This document shows, in pieces, positions 52,210 to 63,814 of a stretch of DNA of 64,000 nucleotides. This stretch comes from an uncultured Candidatus Rokubacteria bacterium. Lineage in GTDB: Bacteria > Methylomirabilota > Methylomirabilia > Rokubacteriales > CSP1-6. Under the pieces are notes generated by a model. That model worked only from the letters and a program-made list of their open reading frames with translations, was not told the DNA's origin and ran no database searches. The stretch lies in contig CAVWWD010000008.1 of assembly GCA_963758635.1 (NCBI GenBank), positions 928,001 through 992,000 of the forward strand, in the 5' to 3' direction. Both the position numbers and the translations under genes were made by a program. Within the stretch, counting starts at the first letter, position 1; each line of letters begins with the position of its first letter.

Positions 52210-53071
52210 TCATGGCGTAGTTGCGGATGATGTAGCCGGCGATGCTGTGCCGCGACGGGCTGATCGGCAGCGTGTCGCGGGTGAACCACCGCGCGTCCTC
52301 CAGCTCCTGCGCGTCGACCTTGACGTCGCCGCCCGCGTAGCGGGCCACGAAGCCCACCATGATCTGGCTGGGGAACGGCCAGTTCTGGCTGCCCACGTAC
52401 TGGATGTCGGTCACGTCGACGCCCACCTCTTCCTTGACCTCGCGGGCCACCGCGCCCTCGAACGACTCTCCGTTGTCCACGAACCCCGCGACCAGCGCGT
52501 AGCGCCCGGGCGCCCACTCCTGCTTGCGCGCGAGGAGGAAGCGGTCGCCGTCGCGCACCAGCGTGATCACCGCGGGGTGCAGGTGCGGGTAGTGCTCGTA
52601 CTTGCAGCGCGGGCACTTCTTGCCCCACTCGCCCTCGATGCGCGCCGTGGCCTCGCCGCAGCGCGGGCAGTGGCCGCTGGTGCTCTGCCACCAGAGGGCC
52701 TGCATGGCCATGCCGCCGAGCGACAGGAGAGAGTCGGGCAGCTTGGTGCCGCGCATCGGCACCAGGGTCTCGCGGCGAAAGCCCGCGGGCACCGTGATGT
52801 CCGGAGCCAGCGGCGCGGTCCACACGGGCACACCGTCCCAGGTGCCGAGCCAGAAGGGGTCGCGGACCGTCTCCCCGAGCGCCCCGGTCAAGGCGCCCTC
52901 CGGCAGGCGCGGATCCGCCTCCTCGCCGGTCAGGACCAGGCCCTGGTCCTGCACGAGCAGCCAGCGGCCCTCCTGGGGCGGCGGAGAAGAGGCCGACTTG
53001 GCCGGCTCGAACGACGGCCCCAGCACCTCGCGGTTGAACGGCAGGAAGACGGACATCGGCGTGGCGCTCAT
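52193..53071 (-). CDS. nudC: NAD(+) diphosphatase
   Basis: CPRCG..CPRC zinc ribbon, AGFVDNGES..REVKEEVG Nudix box, SQNWPFP. Confidence 0.9.
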   Translation of the reverse strand: MSATPMSVFLPFNREVLGPSFEPAKSASSPPPQEGRWLLVQDQGLVLTGEEADPRLPEGALTGALGETVRDPFWLGTWDGVPVWTAPLAPDITVPAGFRRETLVPMRGTKLPDSLLSLGGMAMQALWWQSTSGHCPRCGEATARIEGEWGKKCPRCKYEHYPHLHPAVITLVRDGDRFLLARKQEWAPGRYALVAGFVDNGESFEGAVAREVKEEVGVDVTDIQYVGSQNWPFPSQIMVGFVARYAGGDVKVDAQELEDARWFTRDTLPISPSRHSIAGYIIRNYAMRVLNE

Positions 53072-53502
53072 AGGCCGCGGCTCCGGACACGCTCGGGCAC
53101 GATCCTGAACATCTCGCGGTCGGCGGGCATCGCCGTTCCGCGCCAGAGGGCCTCGAGGTGCGGGTGGTACTTCTTGACGAAGCGGTCGGCGAGGGCGCGG
53201 CGCTCGGCGCCGTCGGGCAGGAACTCCACCCGTCCCCGCACGAGCAGGTTCTTGATCTCCGCCCCGCGGTTGCCCGACTCCGCGACCACGGCCACGCGCG
53301 GGTCGCGATGCATGTTCCCGAGCTTGCGGAGCCCGGCCACGCTGATCATGACGATCGCGTCGCCGTCGGCCAGGAACCACATGGGCATGGCGAGCGGCGC
53401 GCCGTCCGGCTCGACCGTCGCCAGGATCACGACCTCCCTGGTGGCGAGGAAGCGCTGGATCGGCCTCGTCGGAGAGCCTCTCGCGTTTCGCGGGGTGGGC
53501 AT
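53068..53502 (-). CDS. Pyridoxamine 5'-phosphate oxidase-like protein
   Basis: LATVEPDGAP..PMWF, KLGNMHRDPRV. Confidence 0.8.
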   Translation of the reverse strand: MPTPRNARGSPTRPIQRFLATREVVILATVEPDGAPLAMPMWFLADGDAIVMISVAGLRKLGNMHRDPRVAVVAESGNRGAEIKNLLVRGRVEFLPDGAERRALADRFVKKYHPHLEALWRGTAMPADREMFRIVPERVRSRGL

Positions 53503-53535
53503 CGGGACGGTATCCTAGCACGCGTCGCGGAGCAG

Positions 53536-54571
53536 TCACCGCGGGCGCGCCACCTCCTCGAAGGGCCCGGACACGCGCACGACGTCGTTCACCTGCCACG
53601 CGCCTTTGCGGATCGTCACGATGAAGAGATCGCCGCCGATGCGGGCGGCCCGGGTCGCCGCGGTGGCCGGGGCGAAGGCGAGGGCGCGGGGCGCCGCGCC
53701 CTCCGCGAACGCCACCAGGTCGATGCGCCGGCCCTCCGGCGTGAGGACGAACACCTGGCGCGCCTGGCGATCGGCCACGAAGAGGTTCCCGCCCGGGCCC
53801 GCCGCCATGCCCGAGGGCGCCGGGCCGCTCAGCACGAGCGTGGCCTTGGCGTCGGGCGTCACGCGCCAGATCTCACCGGGGCCGCCGCGGCCGGGCAGGG
53901 CGGCCTCGCCGTCCGCGGCCACCCACAGGTGCCCGGTCTCGTCCATGGCGAGCAGGCGTGGCCGCTTCAGGCTCACCCAGCGCGGCTCCAGCACGCGGCC
54001 CGACGGGTCCAGCCGGATCACCGCGCCCTGCTCGCGGTCGGCCACGTAGACGTTGCCCGCGGCGTCCGCCGCCGCGCCTTCGGGCTGCCGGAGGAGCGCG
54101 GCCTCGCCCGCGGCCGGGCTGCCGCCCGCGAAGAACTCGGCGCGACCGTCGACGAGGCGGTAGAGCACGCCGATCTTGCGATCGCGATCGAAGGACGACA
54201 CGAACACCTCGCGGCCCCCGCGCACCATCGCCACCTGGGCGTTCTTGAGCGGAGGACCGTGGACCATGTGCCGCTCCGTGGCCGGCGTGACCTCGCCACC
54301 CCCGGGAGGGACGCGGAAGATGGGCAGGAGGTCGTCGCCCTCGCCGCCACCGTAGCGCCGGCCGGTGCGGCCGAGGTAGAGCGCGCCTGCCTCGTCGAAC
54401 GCCAGCGTGCCCGAGGACGGGAAGCCGCGGACCTCGACGCCGGGGACGTTGCCGGTCACGTACGTCCGCGCGGTGAACCCCGCGCGGCACCTGGACGTCC
54501 GGATCCGCGGCGTGGGCGGCCCGCGGCGTGACGGCAAGGGCGATGAGCAGGATCAGGAGGAGGCGAGCCAT
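53536..54571 (-). CDS. Exported NHL-repeat beta-propeller protein (frameshift near 54500)
   Basis: Signal peptide MARLLLILLIALA; PEGAAADAAGNVYVAD, PSGMAAGPGGNLFVAD. Confidence 0.72.
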
Positions 54572-55173
54572 GGGCTCTCCGTTCGGCGCCGGGCCTCGAA
54601 GGCCGCGATCGCCGTCTCGTGGGTCAGCGTGAAGGCGATCTCGTCCTGGCCGGCGAGCAGGCTCTCCTTCTTGAACGGGTCCACGTCGAAGGCGATCCGA
54701 GCTCCGTCGGGGCCGGTCAGCGACTGGGCCGCGAGGTCCACGCTCATGGTGGCGCCGGGCCGCTCGTGGAGCTGGCGGCGGAGCGCCGCGCCCGTCTCGG
54801 CCGGCACCACGATGGCGAGCGAGCCGTTCTTCGAGCAGTTCTGGAAGAAGATGTCGCCGAAGCTCGGGCCCACCACGCAGCGGATGCCGTAGGCCTTCAG
54901 CACCCACACCGCGGCCTCGCGCGAGGAGCCGCAGCCGAAGTTGTCCGCGGTGACGAGGATGCGCGCCGACCGGTACGGCGCCTGGTTCAGCACGAACTCC
55001 GGGCGCTCCCCGCCCTGCTCGTCGAACCGCACGTCGTGGAAGAGGTAGCGCTCGTAGCCCGGGCCCGGCGACTTCCGGAGGAAGCGGGCGGGGATGATGC
55101 GGTCGGTGTCCACGTTGGGCAGGTCGATCGGGGCCGCCACCGCGGTCAGCGTGGTGAAGGGCTCCATGGGCAT
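54553..55173 (-). CDS. leuD: 3-isopropylmalate dehydratase small subunit homologue
   Basis: NVDTDRIIPARFL, NFGCGSSRE, SFGDIF. Confidence 0.85.
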   Translation of the reverse strand: MPMEPFTTLTAVAAPIDLPNVDTDRIIPARFLRKSPGPGYERYLFHDVRFDEQGGERPEFVLNQAPYRSARILVTADNFGCGSSREAAVWVLKAYGIRCVVGPSFGDIFFQNCSKNGSLAIVVPAETGAALRRQLHERPGATMSVDLAAQSLTGPDGARIAFDVDPFKKESLLAGQDEIAFTLTHETAIAAFEARRRTESPWLASS

Positions 55174-55175
55174 GG

Positions 55176-56585
55176 TCAGGCTCCCGCCGGCGTGAGCGCG
55201 CGGACGTTGGTCAGCGTGCCCGTCACCGCGGCGGCGGCGACCATGGCCGGGCTCATCAGGTGGGTCCGGACGCCCTTGCCCTGGCGGCCCTCGAAGTTCC
55301 GGTTGGACGTGGACGCGATGCGCTCGCCCGCCTGTCCCAGGTCGCCGTTCATGCCCACGCACATCGAGCAGCCCGGATCGCGCCACTCGAAGCCGGCCGC
55401 CGTGAAGATCCGGTCGAGCCCCTCGGCCTCGGCGGCGCGCTTGACCAGGCCCGAGCCCGGGACCACGAAGGTGGGGATCACCGCGCGGCGACCCTTCGCG
55501 ACCGCGGCCGCCGCGCGCAGGTCCTCGAGGCGGCTGTTCGTGCACGAGCCGATGAAGGCGCGGTCCACCCGCACCTGGGACAGCGGCGTCCCGGGCACGA
55601 GACCCATGTACGCGAGCATCCGCTCCACGCTCTGCCGGCGCACGGGGTCGGCGGCGCGGGCGGGGTCGGGGACGCGCTCGGTGATGGCGAGGGCCTCCTG
55701 CGGGCTCGTGCCCCACGTCACGGTGGGCGCGATCTCGCTCGCGGCCAGGCTCACCTCGCGGTCGAAGGCGGCGCCCGGGTCGGAGGGCAGCGTGCGCCAG
55801 TACGCGAGCGCCTGGCCCCACAGGTCCCCGCGGGGCGCGTAGGGGCGCCCCTCGAGGTACGCGTACGTCGTCTCGTCGGGCGCGACCATGCCGGTGCGGG
55901 CGCCCGCCTCGATCGTCATGTTGCAGACCGTCATGCGCTCGTCCATGGTCATGCCGGCGAACGCCGAGCCGGCGTACTCGATCGCGTACCCGACGCCGCC
56001 CGCCGCGCTGATCCGCGCGATGATCGTGAGGATCACGTCCTTGGCGGTGACGCCGAACGGGCGCGTGCCGTCCACGGTGATCCGCATCGTCTTCGGCTTC
56101 TTCTGCCAGAGGCACTGCGTGGCGAGCACGTGCTCGACCTCGGAGGAGCCGATGCCGAACGACACGCAGCCGAAGGCCCCGTGGGTGGACGTGTGGGAGT
56201 CGCCGCAGACGAGGAGGATGCCGGGCTGGGTCAGCCCCTGCTCGGGGCCGACCACGTGCACGATGCCCTGGCGCGCGTCGCCGGGGCCGAAGAACGCGAT
56301 CCCGTGCGCGGCGGTGTTCCTCGTGATCGCCTCGACCTTCTCGCGCATCTCCGGCTCGGTGAGCGCGATGCCGCCGGGCGCCGTGGGCACGTAGTGGTCG
56401 GCGGTGGCGGAGGTGAGGGCGGGGCGGCGCGGCCGGCGGCCCCCGGCGGCCAGGCGCTCGAAGGCGCCGAACGACCCGTCGTGGACGAGGTGCCGGTCGA
56501 TGTAGAGGAGGCTCTGGCCGCCCGGCCCCTCGGCGACGACGTGGCGGCTCCAGATCTTCTCGAAGAGCGTGCGCGGCGCGCTCAC
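55176..56585 (-). CDS. leuC: 3-isopropylmalate dehydratase large subunit homologue
   Basis: [44 protein letters not shown]. Confidence 0.88.
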   Translation of the reverse strand: MSAPRTLFEKIWSRHVVAEGPGGQSLLYIDRHLVHDGSFGAFERLAAGGRRPRRPALTSATADHYVPTAPGGIALTEPEMREKVEAITRNTAAHGIAFFGPGDARQGIVHVVGPEQGLTQPGILLVCGDSHTSTHGAFGCVSFGIGSSEVEHVLATQCLWQKKPKTMRITVDGTRPFGVTAKDVILTIIARISAAGGVGYAIEYAGSAFAGMTMDERMTVCNMTIEAGARTGMVAPDETTYAYLEGRPYAPRGDLWGQALAYWRTLPSDPGAAFDREVSLAASEIAPTVTWGTSPQEALAITERVPDPARAADPVRRQSVERMLAYMGLVPGTPLSQVRVDRAFIGSCTNSRLEDLRAAAAVAKGRRAVIPTFVVPGSGLVKRAAEAEGLDRIFTAAGFEWRDPGCSMCVGMNGDLGQAGERIASTSNRNFEGRQGKGVRTHLMSPAMVAAAAVTGTLTNVRALTPAGA

Positions 56586-56587
56586 GG

Positions 56588-56827
56588 TCACGCCTCCCGG
56601 GGCCGGCGGCGCCGGAAGATCGGCGGCACGCTGACGATCGTCCACACGCCCTCCAGCAGCACGAAGCCCCACTGCTGCGCGCGGTACGCGACGACGGTGA
56701 GGATGAGGGCGCCGACGAGGTTGAGCCAGCTGTAGGCGGGATGGACGCGGTCCATCCAGCCGAGCTGGTTCGCGGTGTAGGCGACCAGGATCATGATCGC
56801 CCCGACCACCGAGACGGCCTGGTCCAC
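56588..56827 (-). CDS. Small membrane protein (CBU_0592-like)
   Basis: [29 protein letters not shown]. Confidence 0.7.
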   Translation of the reverse strand: MDQAVSVVGAIMILVAYTANQLGWMDRVHPAYSWLNLVGALILTVVAYRAQQWGFVLLEGVWTIVSVPPIFRRRRPREA

Positions 56828-56834
56828 GGGCGGG

Positions 56835-57782
56835 TCACCGCGCGCCGCGCGGGGCGCCGGGCACGTGGCCGACCGTGCCCGCGTACTTCTCGAGCTCCTC
56901 GGGCGGCAGGAACGCCTCCTCCCACTGCCGGACCTGGTCGAACCCGGCGAAGGTGTGGAGGTCGCCCAGGGGATGGCCACGGAACCGCTCGGCGAACTCC
57001 GCCTCCGCGGCCGGGCCCTTCTCGCGGAGGGCGAGGGCGAAGTCGTGGAGGGCCTGCACGGTGACGCGCAGGAGCGCGCCGGGCAGGATCGTCACCGCGA
57101 TGCCCAGGTCCTGCATCTCGGCCACGGTGAAGCGCGGGGACACGCCGGTCTGGTTGTAGAAGACGCGCCCCTTGACCTCGCGGCAGATGCGCTTCACCTC
57201 GTCGACGCTGGTCGGTCCCTCGACGAAGGCGAGGTCGGCGCCCGCGTCCAGGTAGGCGTTGGCGCGGCGGATGGCCTCGTCGAGGCTCCCGCCGTGGGCG
57301 CCGCGGGCGTCGGTGCGCGCGATGAGGACGAAGTCCGGGTCGAGCTCCCGGCGCGCCTGGTCGGCCGCCTTGTACTTGCCCACGGCCTCCTCGATGGGGA
57401 TCACGCGGCGCCCGGCCACGTGGCCGCAGCGCTTGGGGATCACCTGGTCCTCGATGTGGATGGCCGCCGCGCCGGTCTGGATGTACTCGCGCACGGTGCG
57501 GATCACGTTGATCGCGTTGCCGTAGCCGTTGTCGGCGTCGGCGATCACGGGCAGGGCCACCGCGTTGGCGATGTAGCGCGCGTTGGCGTGCATCTCCGTC
57601 ATGGTCGCGAGGCCCGCGTCGGGCATGCCCAGGAGGGACAGCGACGTGCCGTAGCCCGTCATGTACACGGCGGGGAAGCCCGCGCGCTCGAGGATCTTCG
57701 CGGACAGCGCGTTGTAGCAGCCGGGCACGAGGAGCGTCCCGCCCTGGGCGAGGAGCTGGCGCAGCCGGGTGGTCTGTCGCAC
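56835..57782 (-). CDS. Isocitrate lyase/PEP mutase family protein
   Basis: DADNGYG, IEDQ..KRCGH, IARTDA; own AAGGAG RBS. Confidence 0.88.
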   Translation of the reverse strand: MRQTTRLRQLLAQGGTLLVPGCYNALSAKILERAGFPAVYMTGYGTSLSLLGMPDAGLATMTEMHANARYIANAVALPVIADADNGYGNAINVIRTVREYIQTGAAAIHIEDQVIPKRCGHVAGRRVIPIEEAVGKYKAADQARRELDPDFVLIARTDARGAHGGSLDEAIRRANAYLDAGADLAFVEGPTSVDEVKRICREVKGRVFYNQTGVSPRFTVAEMQDLGIAVTILPGALLRVTVQALHDFALALREKGPAAEAEFAERFRGHPLGDLHTFAGFDQVRQWEEAFLPPEELEKYAGTVGHVPGAPRGAR

Positions 57783-57808
57783 GGAGGTCTCCTTGGCGCC
57801 GGCCGGGC

Positions 57809-58673
57809 TCACGATCCCGTGTACCGGCGCTCGATGTCCTGCCACCAGTCGAAGCCGACCTTCCGGAAGATGTCGAGCGGCGAGAGCGCCGGCGCCCTCG
57901 GGCCAGTCGGTCTCGCGCTCCCGGAGCAGGCCCAGCGCGCGCTCCATGGCGGGGATGGCCGCGCCCATGCACACGGCGGGGAAGATGACGATCTTGAAGC
58001 CGATCCGCTCCAGCTCGGACACCTTCACCGCGGGCGTGCGGCCGCCCGCCACCATGTTGGCGAGGAGCGGCGCCCGCACCTCGCGGGCGATGCGGTGGAT
58101 CTCCTCCTCGCTCTGCGGCGCCTCGACGAAGATCACGTCCGCGCCCGCCTCCGCGTAGCGGTTGCCGCGCTCGATGGCGTCGTCCAGGCTCGTCACCGCC
58201 CGCGCGTCGGTGCGCGCGATGATGACGAAGTCGGGATCGGTGCGGTGCTCGGCGGCGGCGCGGACCTTCTCGGCGAACTCCCGCGTGGGGATGACCTGCT
58301 TGCCCGCGATGTGCCCGCACTTCTTGGGCGCTACCTGGTCCTCGATGTGAAGGCCGGCCACGCCCGCGCGCTCGTACTCGCGCACGGTGCGCACCACGTT
58401 CAGCGCGTTGCCGTAGCCGGTGTCGGCGTCGGCGATCAGCGGCAGCGACACGCAGCTCGCCAGGTGCCCGGCGTGCGTCGCCATCTCCGTGAGGGTGGCC
58501 AGGCCCAGGTCGGGCTGGCCGAGGTGGGAGGCGGCGGTGCCCGCGCCCGTCATGTACACGGCGCGGAAGCCCGCGGCCTCGATGAGCCGGGCCGAGATGC
58601 CGTCGTAGGCGCCGGGCGCCACGATGATCCCGGGCTCGGCGAGCATCTGGCGGAGTCGCGTGGTGGATCGCAT
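57809..58673 (-). CDS. Isocitrate lyase/PEP mutase family protein (frameshift near 57890)
   Basis: PGAYD, DADTGYG, IEDQ..KKCGH, IARTDA. Confidence 0.88.
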
Positions 58674-58802
58674 GCGTCGGTCCTTTCCGGTGAGTCATCA
58701 TCGCGGCGGCACGGGCGCGAGTCAATGGTAGGCTTGGGCACACGCGACAGCCACGGAGGACGCCATGACCCTCGACGAGCGCACGGAAGGAGCGATGAGC
58801 GC

Positions 58803-60272
58803 ATGAACCCGGCCGAGCTCGCCACCTTCGCCGATCGCCGCCGTCGGCTCGCCGAGGCCGTCGGGGACGGCATCGCGGTGATCCCCGGCGCGCAGGAGGT
58901 GCGGCGCAACGCCGACACCGACTACGAGTTCCGGCAGGCGTCCGACTTCTACTTCCTCACCGGCTTCGACGAGCCGGACGCGGTGCTCGTCCTCAACCCC
59001 GCCCACGCCAAGGAGCGCTACGTGCTCTTCGTGCGGCCGCGCGACCGCGAGATGGAGATCTGGAATGGCCGGCGCGCCGGCGTGGAGGGCGCCATCGCGA
59101 CCTACGGCGCGGACGCCGCGTACACCCGGACCAGCTCGACGACAAGCTGCGCGAGTTCGCCATCGACCGGCCCGCGCTGTTCTACCGCCTGGGTCAGCGC
59201 GGCGTTCGACGGCAAGATCACACGGCTCCTCGAGCACCTCCGCGGCGTGCGGACGCGCGGGTTCGTGGCGCCCACGCGCATCGACGATCCGAGCCCGATC
59301 ATCGCCGAGATGCGGCTGCGCCGGTCGCCCGCCGAGCTCGCCCGGCAGCGCCGCGCCTGCGAGATCAGCCGCGACGCGCACGCCGAGGCCATGCGCTTCG
59401 CCCAGCCGGGCATGCACGAGTACGAGGTGCAGGCCGCGCTCGAGTTCGTGTTCCGCGCCGGCGGCTCGCCCCGGAACGGCTACCCGTGCATCGTGGCGTC
59501 GGGGCCGAACGCCTGCATCCTCCACTACAACGAGAACCGGCGGCGCATGGAGGACGGCGACCTCCTCCTGATCGACGCCGCGTGCGAGTTCGGCTACCAC
59601 TCCGCCGACATCACGCGCACGTTCCCGGTGAACGGCCGCTTCACCGCGCCCCAGCGGGCGATCTACCAGGTGGTGCTCGACGCGCAGCTCGCCGCCATCG
59701 CCGCGTGCCGGCCCGGGCCGGCAGCTACGCGGACATCCACGACGCCGCCCGGCGCGTCCTGACCGAGGGCCTGGTGCGCCTCGGGCATCCTGCCCCGGCC
59801 CGTCGACGAGTCGCTGGCCATGCATCACTACCGCGAGTTCTACATGCACGGCACCGGGCACTGGCTGGGCATGGACGTGCACGACGTGGGCGACTACCGG
59901 ATCCGCGGCGAGTCGCGGCGGCTCGAGCCCGGCATGGTGCTGACCGTGGAGCCCGGGCTCTACTTCGATCCCGAGCGCGAGTCGGTGAGCTACGCGCTGC
60001 GCGAGTACAGCGAGGAGGAGATGTGGGAGCGGCGCTTCCGCCTCGGCGTGACGGCGGCGAAGAAGCTGGAGGACGAGGAGAAGGGCCGCGCCCCCAAGGT
60101 GGCCCACCCCGTGCCGGCCGAGTACCGCGGCATCGGCGTGCGCATCGAGGACGACATCCTCATCACCGAGACCGGCTGCGAGGTCCTGACCGCGGGCACG
60201 CCCAAGACCATCGCCGAGGTCGAGGCCACCTGCGCCCAGCCCTCCCGCCTCCCGCGTCTCCTCGAGACGTAG
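58803..60272 (+). CDS. pepP: Xaa-Pro aminopeptidase (several frameshifts)
   Basis: FRQASDFYFLTGF, LHY, LIDA, DITRTFP, HWLGMDVHD, TVEPGLY, GVRIEDD. Confidence 0.9.
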
Positions 60273-60320
60273 CGCGGTCTGGTTCCCGACTTCACTCGCG
60301 ACGATCGGCGCGCTCGGGCT

Positions 60321-60465
60321 GGGCGGAGGGGAGGCACCCGGGGTCACAGGACCACGCCGCACGCGTGCGCTGCCCCGTTGCGGCTGGGCTCCATCCGGGC
60401 GCGTGCGGTCCGATATTCCGAAGGAGGGGAAGGGCCCTGTGACCCCGGGTGCCTCCCCTCCGCCC
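60321..60465. repeat. Perfect 30-bp inverted repeat enclosing 85 bp
   Basis: GGGCGGAGGGGAGGCACCCGGGGTCACAGG (60321-60350) and its reverse complement (60436-60465). Confidence 0.8.
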
Positions 60466-60595
60466 CCCTGCCACGCGCTGCTGCCGCGACTTCTTGCGTG
60501 CAACACCGCAACACCGGGGTCAGGCACTCGCGCAACACCCGGACGGCTTCAGACGCAACGCTGGTGCCTGGCGCCGCCGTTGCGTCCGGACCACT

Positions 60596-61369
60596 TCAGG
60601 CCATGGAGCCGCCGTCGACGGTGTAGATGCCGCCGTTGATGTAGGAGGCGTCGGCGCTCAGGAGGAAGGCGACGAGCGCGGCGACCTCCTCGGGCGCGCC
60701 GTAGCGGCGCATCGGGATCGTGGCGGTGAGGCGCTGGCGGAGGGCGCGCGGGTCGCGCGGGCTCATGCCGGACTCCAGCGTGTCCACCATGGGTGTCTCG
60801 ATGGGCGCCGGGCACACCGCGTTGACGCGGACCCCGCGGCGGATCAGCTCGATGGCCGCGGTGCGGGTGAGGCCCACCACGGCGTGCTTGCTCGCGGTGT
60901 AGGCGACCAGGTTGGGGCTGCCCCGGAGGCCGGCGATCGACGCGGTGTTCACGATGGCCCCGCCGCCCCGCGCCATGATGGCCGGCCCCACGTGCTTGAG
61001 CCCCAGCCAGACCGCCTTGCAGTTGACCGCGATGACGCGGTCGAAGACGTCCTCGGGGTAGTCGACGAGCGGGCTCATCGCGCCGAGGATGCCGGCGTTG
61101 TTGAAGAAGGCGTCGATGCCGCCCCAGCGCTCCACCGCGGCGGCGACGTAGCGCGCGACGTCCCCCGAGCGCGTCACGTCGGCCTCGACGGTGATCGCCT
61201 CGCTCCCGGCCTCGCGGACGGCGGCGAGGCTCTCCGCGAGCCCGCCGGCCGCCACGTCCACCAGCGCGAGGCGCGCCCCCTCGCCGGCCAGGCGCCGGGC
61301 GGTGGCCCGGCCGATGCCGCCGGCGGCGCCGGTGATGACCACGACCTTTCCCTCGAATCGCTTGTCCAT
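60596..61369 (-). CDS. SDR family oxidoreductase
   Basis: TGAAGGIG, NNAG, YTASK, RVNAVCP. Confidence 0.9.
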   Translation of the reverse strand: MDKRFEGKVVVITGAAGGIGRATARRLAGEGARLALVDVAAGGLAESLAAVREAGSEAITVEADVTRSGDVARYVAAAVERWGGIDAFFNNAGILGAMSPLVDYPEDVFDRVIAVNCKAVWLGLKHVGPAIMARGGGAIVNTASIAGLRGSPNLVAYTASKHAVVGLTRTAAIELIRRGVRVNAVCPAPIETPMVDTLESGMSPRDPRALRQRLTATIPMRRYGAPEEVAALVAFLLSADASYINGGIYTVDGGSMA

Positions 61370-61413
61370 GGCGTCTCCTTGGTCGGCGCGGTCACGGCGC
61401 GCGTGGGGCGGGC

Positions 61414-62136
61414 TCAGCCCCGGACCACGAGCACGAGACCGGACACGAAGAGCAGCGCGAACACGATCTGCCGGAATCGCGCGTGGTCCACGCGGTTGAA
61501 GAGAGCGACGCCCGCGCCGACGCCGATGGCGGCGGGCGCCGCGTACTGGAGCGTGAGGGCGCGCACCTCGCCGGTGACGAGACCGGCCCACCAGTAGCCG
61601 GCGAGGATCATGCCCTGGTTGGCGACGAAGAAGGCCTGCAGGTTCCCCTTGAGCGAGCGCGGGCTCCAGCCCTGCGCGGCCGCGTAGAGGATGACGGGCG
61701 GGCCCGGCGTGCCGACCGCCCCGCCGAAGATCCCGGCGAGGACGCCGGCCGCGACCGCGCGCGACCGTCCGGCCAGGCCATGCGGGTACCGGCCCCGCAC
61801 CTCGATGACCACCGCCGCGATCAGCACGAGGCCGATGATGCGATTCAGCAGCGAGGCGGGAAAGACGGCGAGGGCCCACACCCCGGGCGCGGTGCCCACG
61901 AGGCTGCCCAGGATGAGGTCGCCGAGGGCCTGCAGGCGCAGCTCGGACCGGAGCGGCACCACCACGATCAGGGCGAACACGACGGCGTAGATGGTGGTGA
62001 GCACGATCGCGTCGGTCGTCGGCATCACGAAGGGCAGGAGCGCGAGCGACACGAGGCCGATGCCGAAGCCGGCGAGCCCGTAGACGAAGCTCGCCACCGC
62101 GACGATCAGGGCGCCCAGGGTCCACGGGACGTTCAC
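61414..62136 (-). CDS. Sulfite exporter TauE/SafE family protein
   Basis: GLAGFGIG, GGAVGTPGPP, multiple TM helices. Confidence 0.85.
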   Translation of the reverse strand: MNVPWTLGALIVAVASFVYGLAGFGIGLVSLALLPFVMPTTDAIVLTTIYAVVFALIVVVPLRSELRLQALGDLILGSLVGTAPGVWALAVFPASLLNRIIGLVLIAAVVIEVRGRYPHGLAGRSRAVAAGVLAGIFGGAVGTPGPPVILYAAAQGWSPRSLKGNLQAFFVANQGMILAGYWWAGLVTGEVRALTLQYAAPAAIGVGAGVALFNRVDHARFRQIVFALLFVSGLVLVVRG

Positions 62137-62232
62137 CCCGGCACGCTAGCACGCGGACGAGCGGCAGGCGACCGCGGCGCGTGTGATACCCTCGACCCCC
62201 GGAACGACACGCCCGAACTCCGGAGGACCCAC

Positions 62233-63814
62233 ATGAAGCACCGCTCCGTGTACCGCACCGAGCTGACCCCGCTCGCCTTCCTCGATCGCAGCGCGGACGT
62301 GTTCGCCGACAAGGTCGCCGTCGTCCACGGCGCGCGGCGCTACACGTACCGTGACCTCGCCGCGCGCGTGAACCGCCTGGCCTCCTCGCTCCGGCGCGCC
62401 GGTCTCGCCAAGGGGGACCGCGTCGCCTTCCTGTGCCCGAACATCCCGGCCATGCTCGAGTCGCACTACGGCGTGCCCCTGGCCGGCGGCGTCCTGGTGG
62501 CCATCAACACCCGGCTGTCCTCGGACGAGATCGGCTACATCCTCGGCCATTCCGGCGCGCGATTCCTGTTCGTGGACGCCGAGCTCGAGCCCCTCGTGAA
62601 GCCGCTGGACCTCTCGTCGCTGCGCGTGGTCCGCGTGGACGACACCGGGGCGCCCGGCGATCCCTACGAGGATTTCCTCGCCCAGGGCTCGCCGGACCCG
62701 GTCGCCGAGCTGCCTCGAGGACGAGGAGGAGACGATCTCGATCAACTACACGTCGGGCACGACGGGCCGGCCCAAGGGCGTGATGTACACGTACCGCGGC
62801 GCGTACCTGAACGCGCTCGGCGAGGTGATCGAGACGGGCATGACGTTTTCGACCCGCTATCTCTGGACGCTCCCCATGTTCCACTGCAACGGCTGGTGCT
62901 TCACGTGGGGCGTGACGTCGGTGGCGGGCACCCACGTGTGCCTGCGCCGCGTGGACCCGGGGCGGGTCTGGGAGCTGCTGGACGGGGAGGGCATCACGCA
63001 CTACAACGGGGCGCCGACCGTGCAGATCGGCGTCGTGAACCATCCGTCCGCGCACCGCCTGGAGCGCCAGGTCACGGTGACGGTGGCGGGCGCGCCGCCC
63101 TCGCCGACGCTCCTGGGCCGGCTCCGCGAGCTGAACTTCCGCCCCGTGCACGTCTACGGGCTCACGGAGACGTACGGCCCGCACACGGTGTGCGAGTGGC
63201 AGGCGGAGTGGGACGCGCTGCCCGCCGACGAGCAGGCGCGGCGAGCCGCGCGGCAGGGCCAGGGCTACGTGAACTTCGACCTCGCGCGCGTCGTGGACGG
63301 GGAGATGAACGACGTCACCCGCGACGCCGAGACGCTGGGCGAGGTGTGCATGCGGGGCAACAACGTGATGAAGGGCTACTTCGACCAGCCCGAGGCCACG
63401 ACGGAAGCGTTCCGCGGCGGGTGGTTCCACTCCGGCGACATCGGCGTGTGGCACCCCGACGGGTACATCGAGCTGCGCGACCGCAAGAAGGACATCATCA
63501 TCTCGGGCGGGGAGAACATCTCGACGATCGAGGTCGAGCAGGCGGTGGCGCGCCATCCCGCCGTGCTCGAGTGCGCGGTGGTGGCGATCCCCGACGAGAA
63601 GTGGGGCGAGCGTCCCAAGGCCTTCGTCACCCTCAAGGTGGGCGCCTCGGCCACCGAGGACGAGATCATCGAGTTCTGCCGCTCGCAGATCGCGCACTTC
63701 AAGTGTCCGGCGGCCATCGAGTTCGGCGACCTGCCCAAGACCTCCACGGGGAAGGTGCAGAAGTTCGTGCTCCGCGACAAGGAGTGGGCGGGCCGCGCCA
63801 AGCGGATCAATTAG
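62233..63814 (+). CDS. Acyl-CoA synthetase (frameshift near 62710)
   Basis: YTSGTTGRPKG, PMFHCNGW, YGLTE, SGD, ISGGENI, PKTSTGK. Confidence 0.9.

Noticed and set aside
56835..58673. 612-aa fused double isocitrate-lyase ORF
   Set aside because: An indel near 57890 bypasses the first gene's stop; the second gene has its own AAGGAG RBS and GTG
1095..63814. Frameshifts in many genes as programmed frameshifting or mass pseudogenisation
   Set aside because: Scattered single-base indels across unrelated genes, no shared slippery motif and no accompanying nonsense codons; best explained by long-read consensus error
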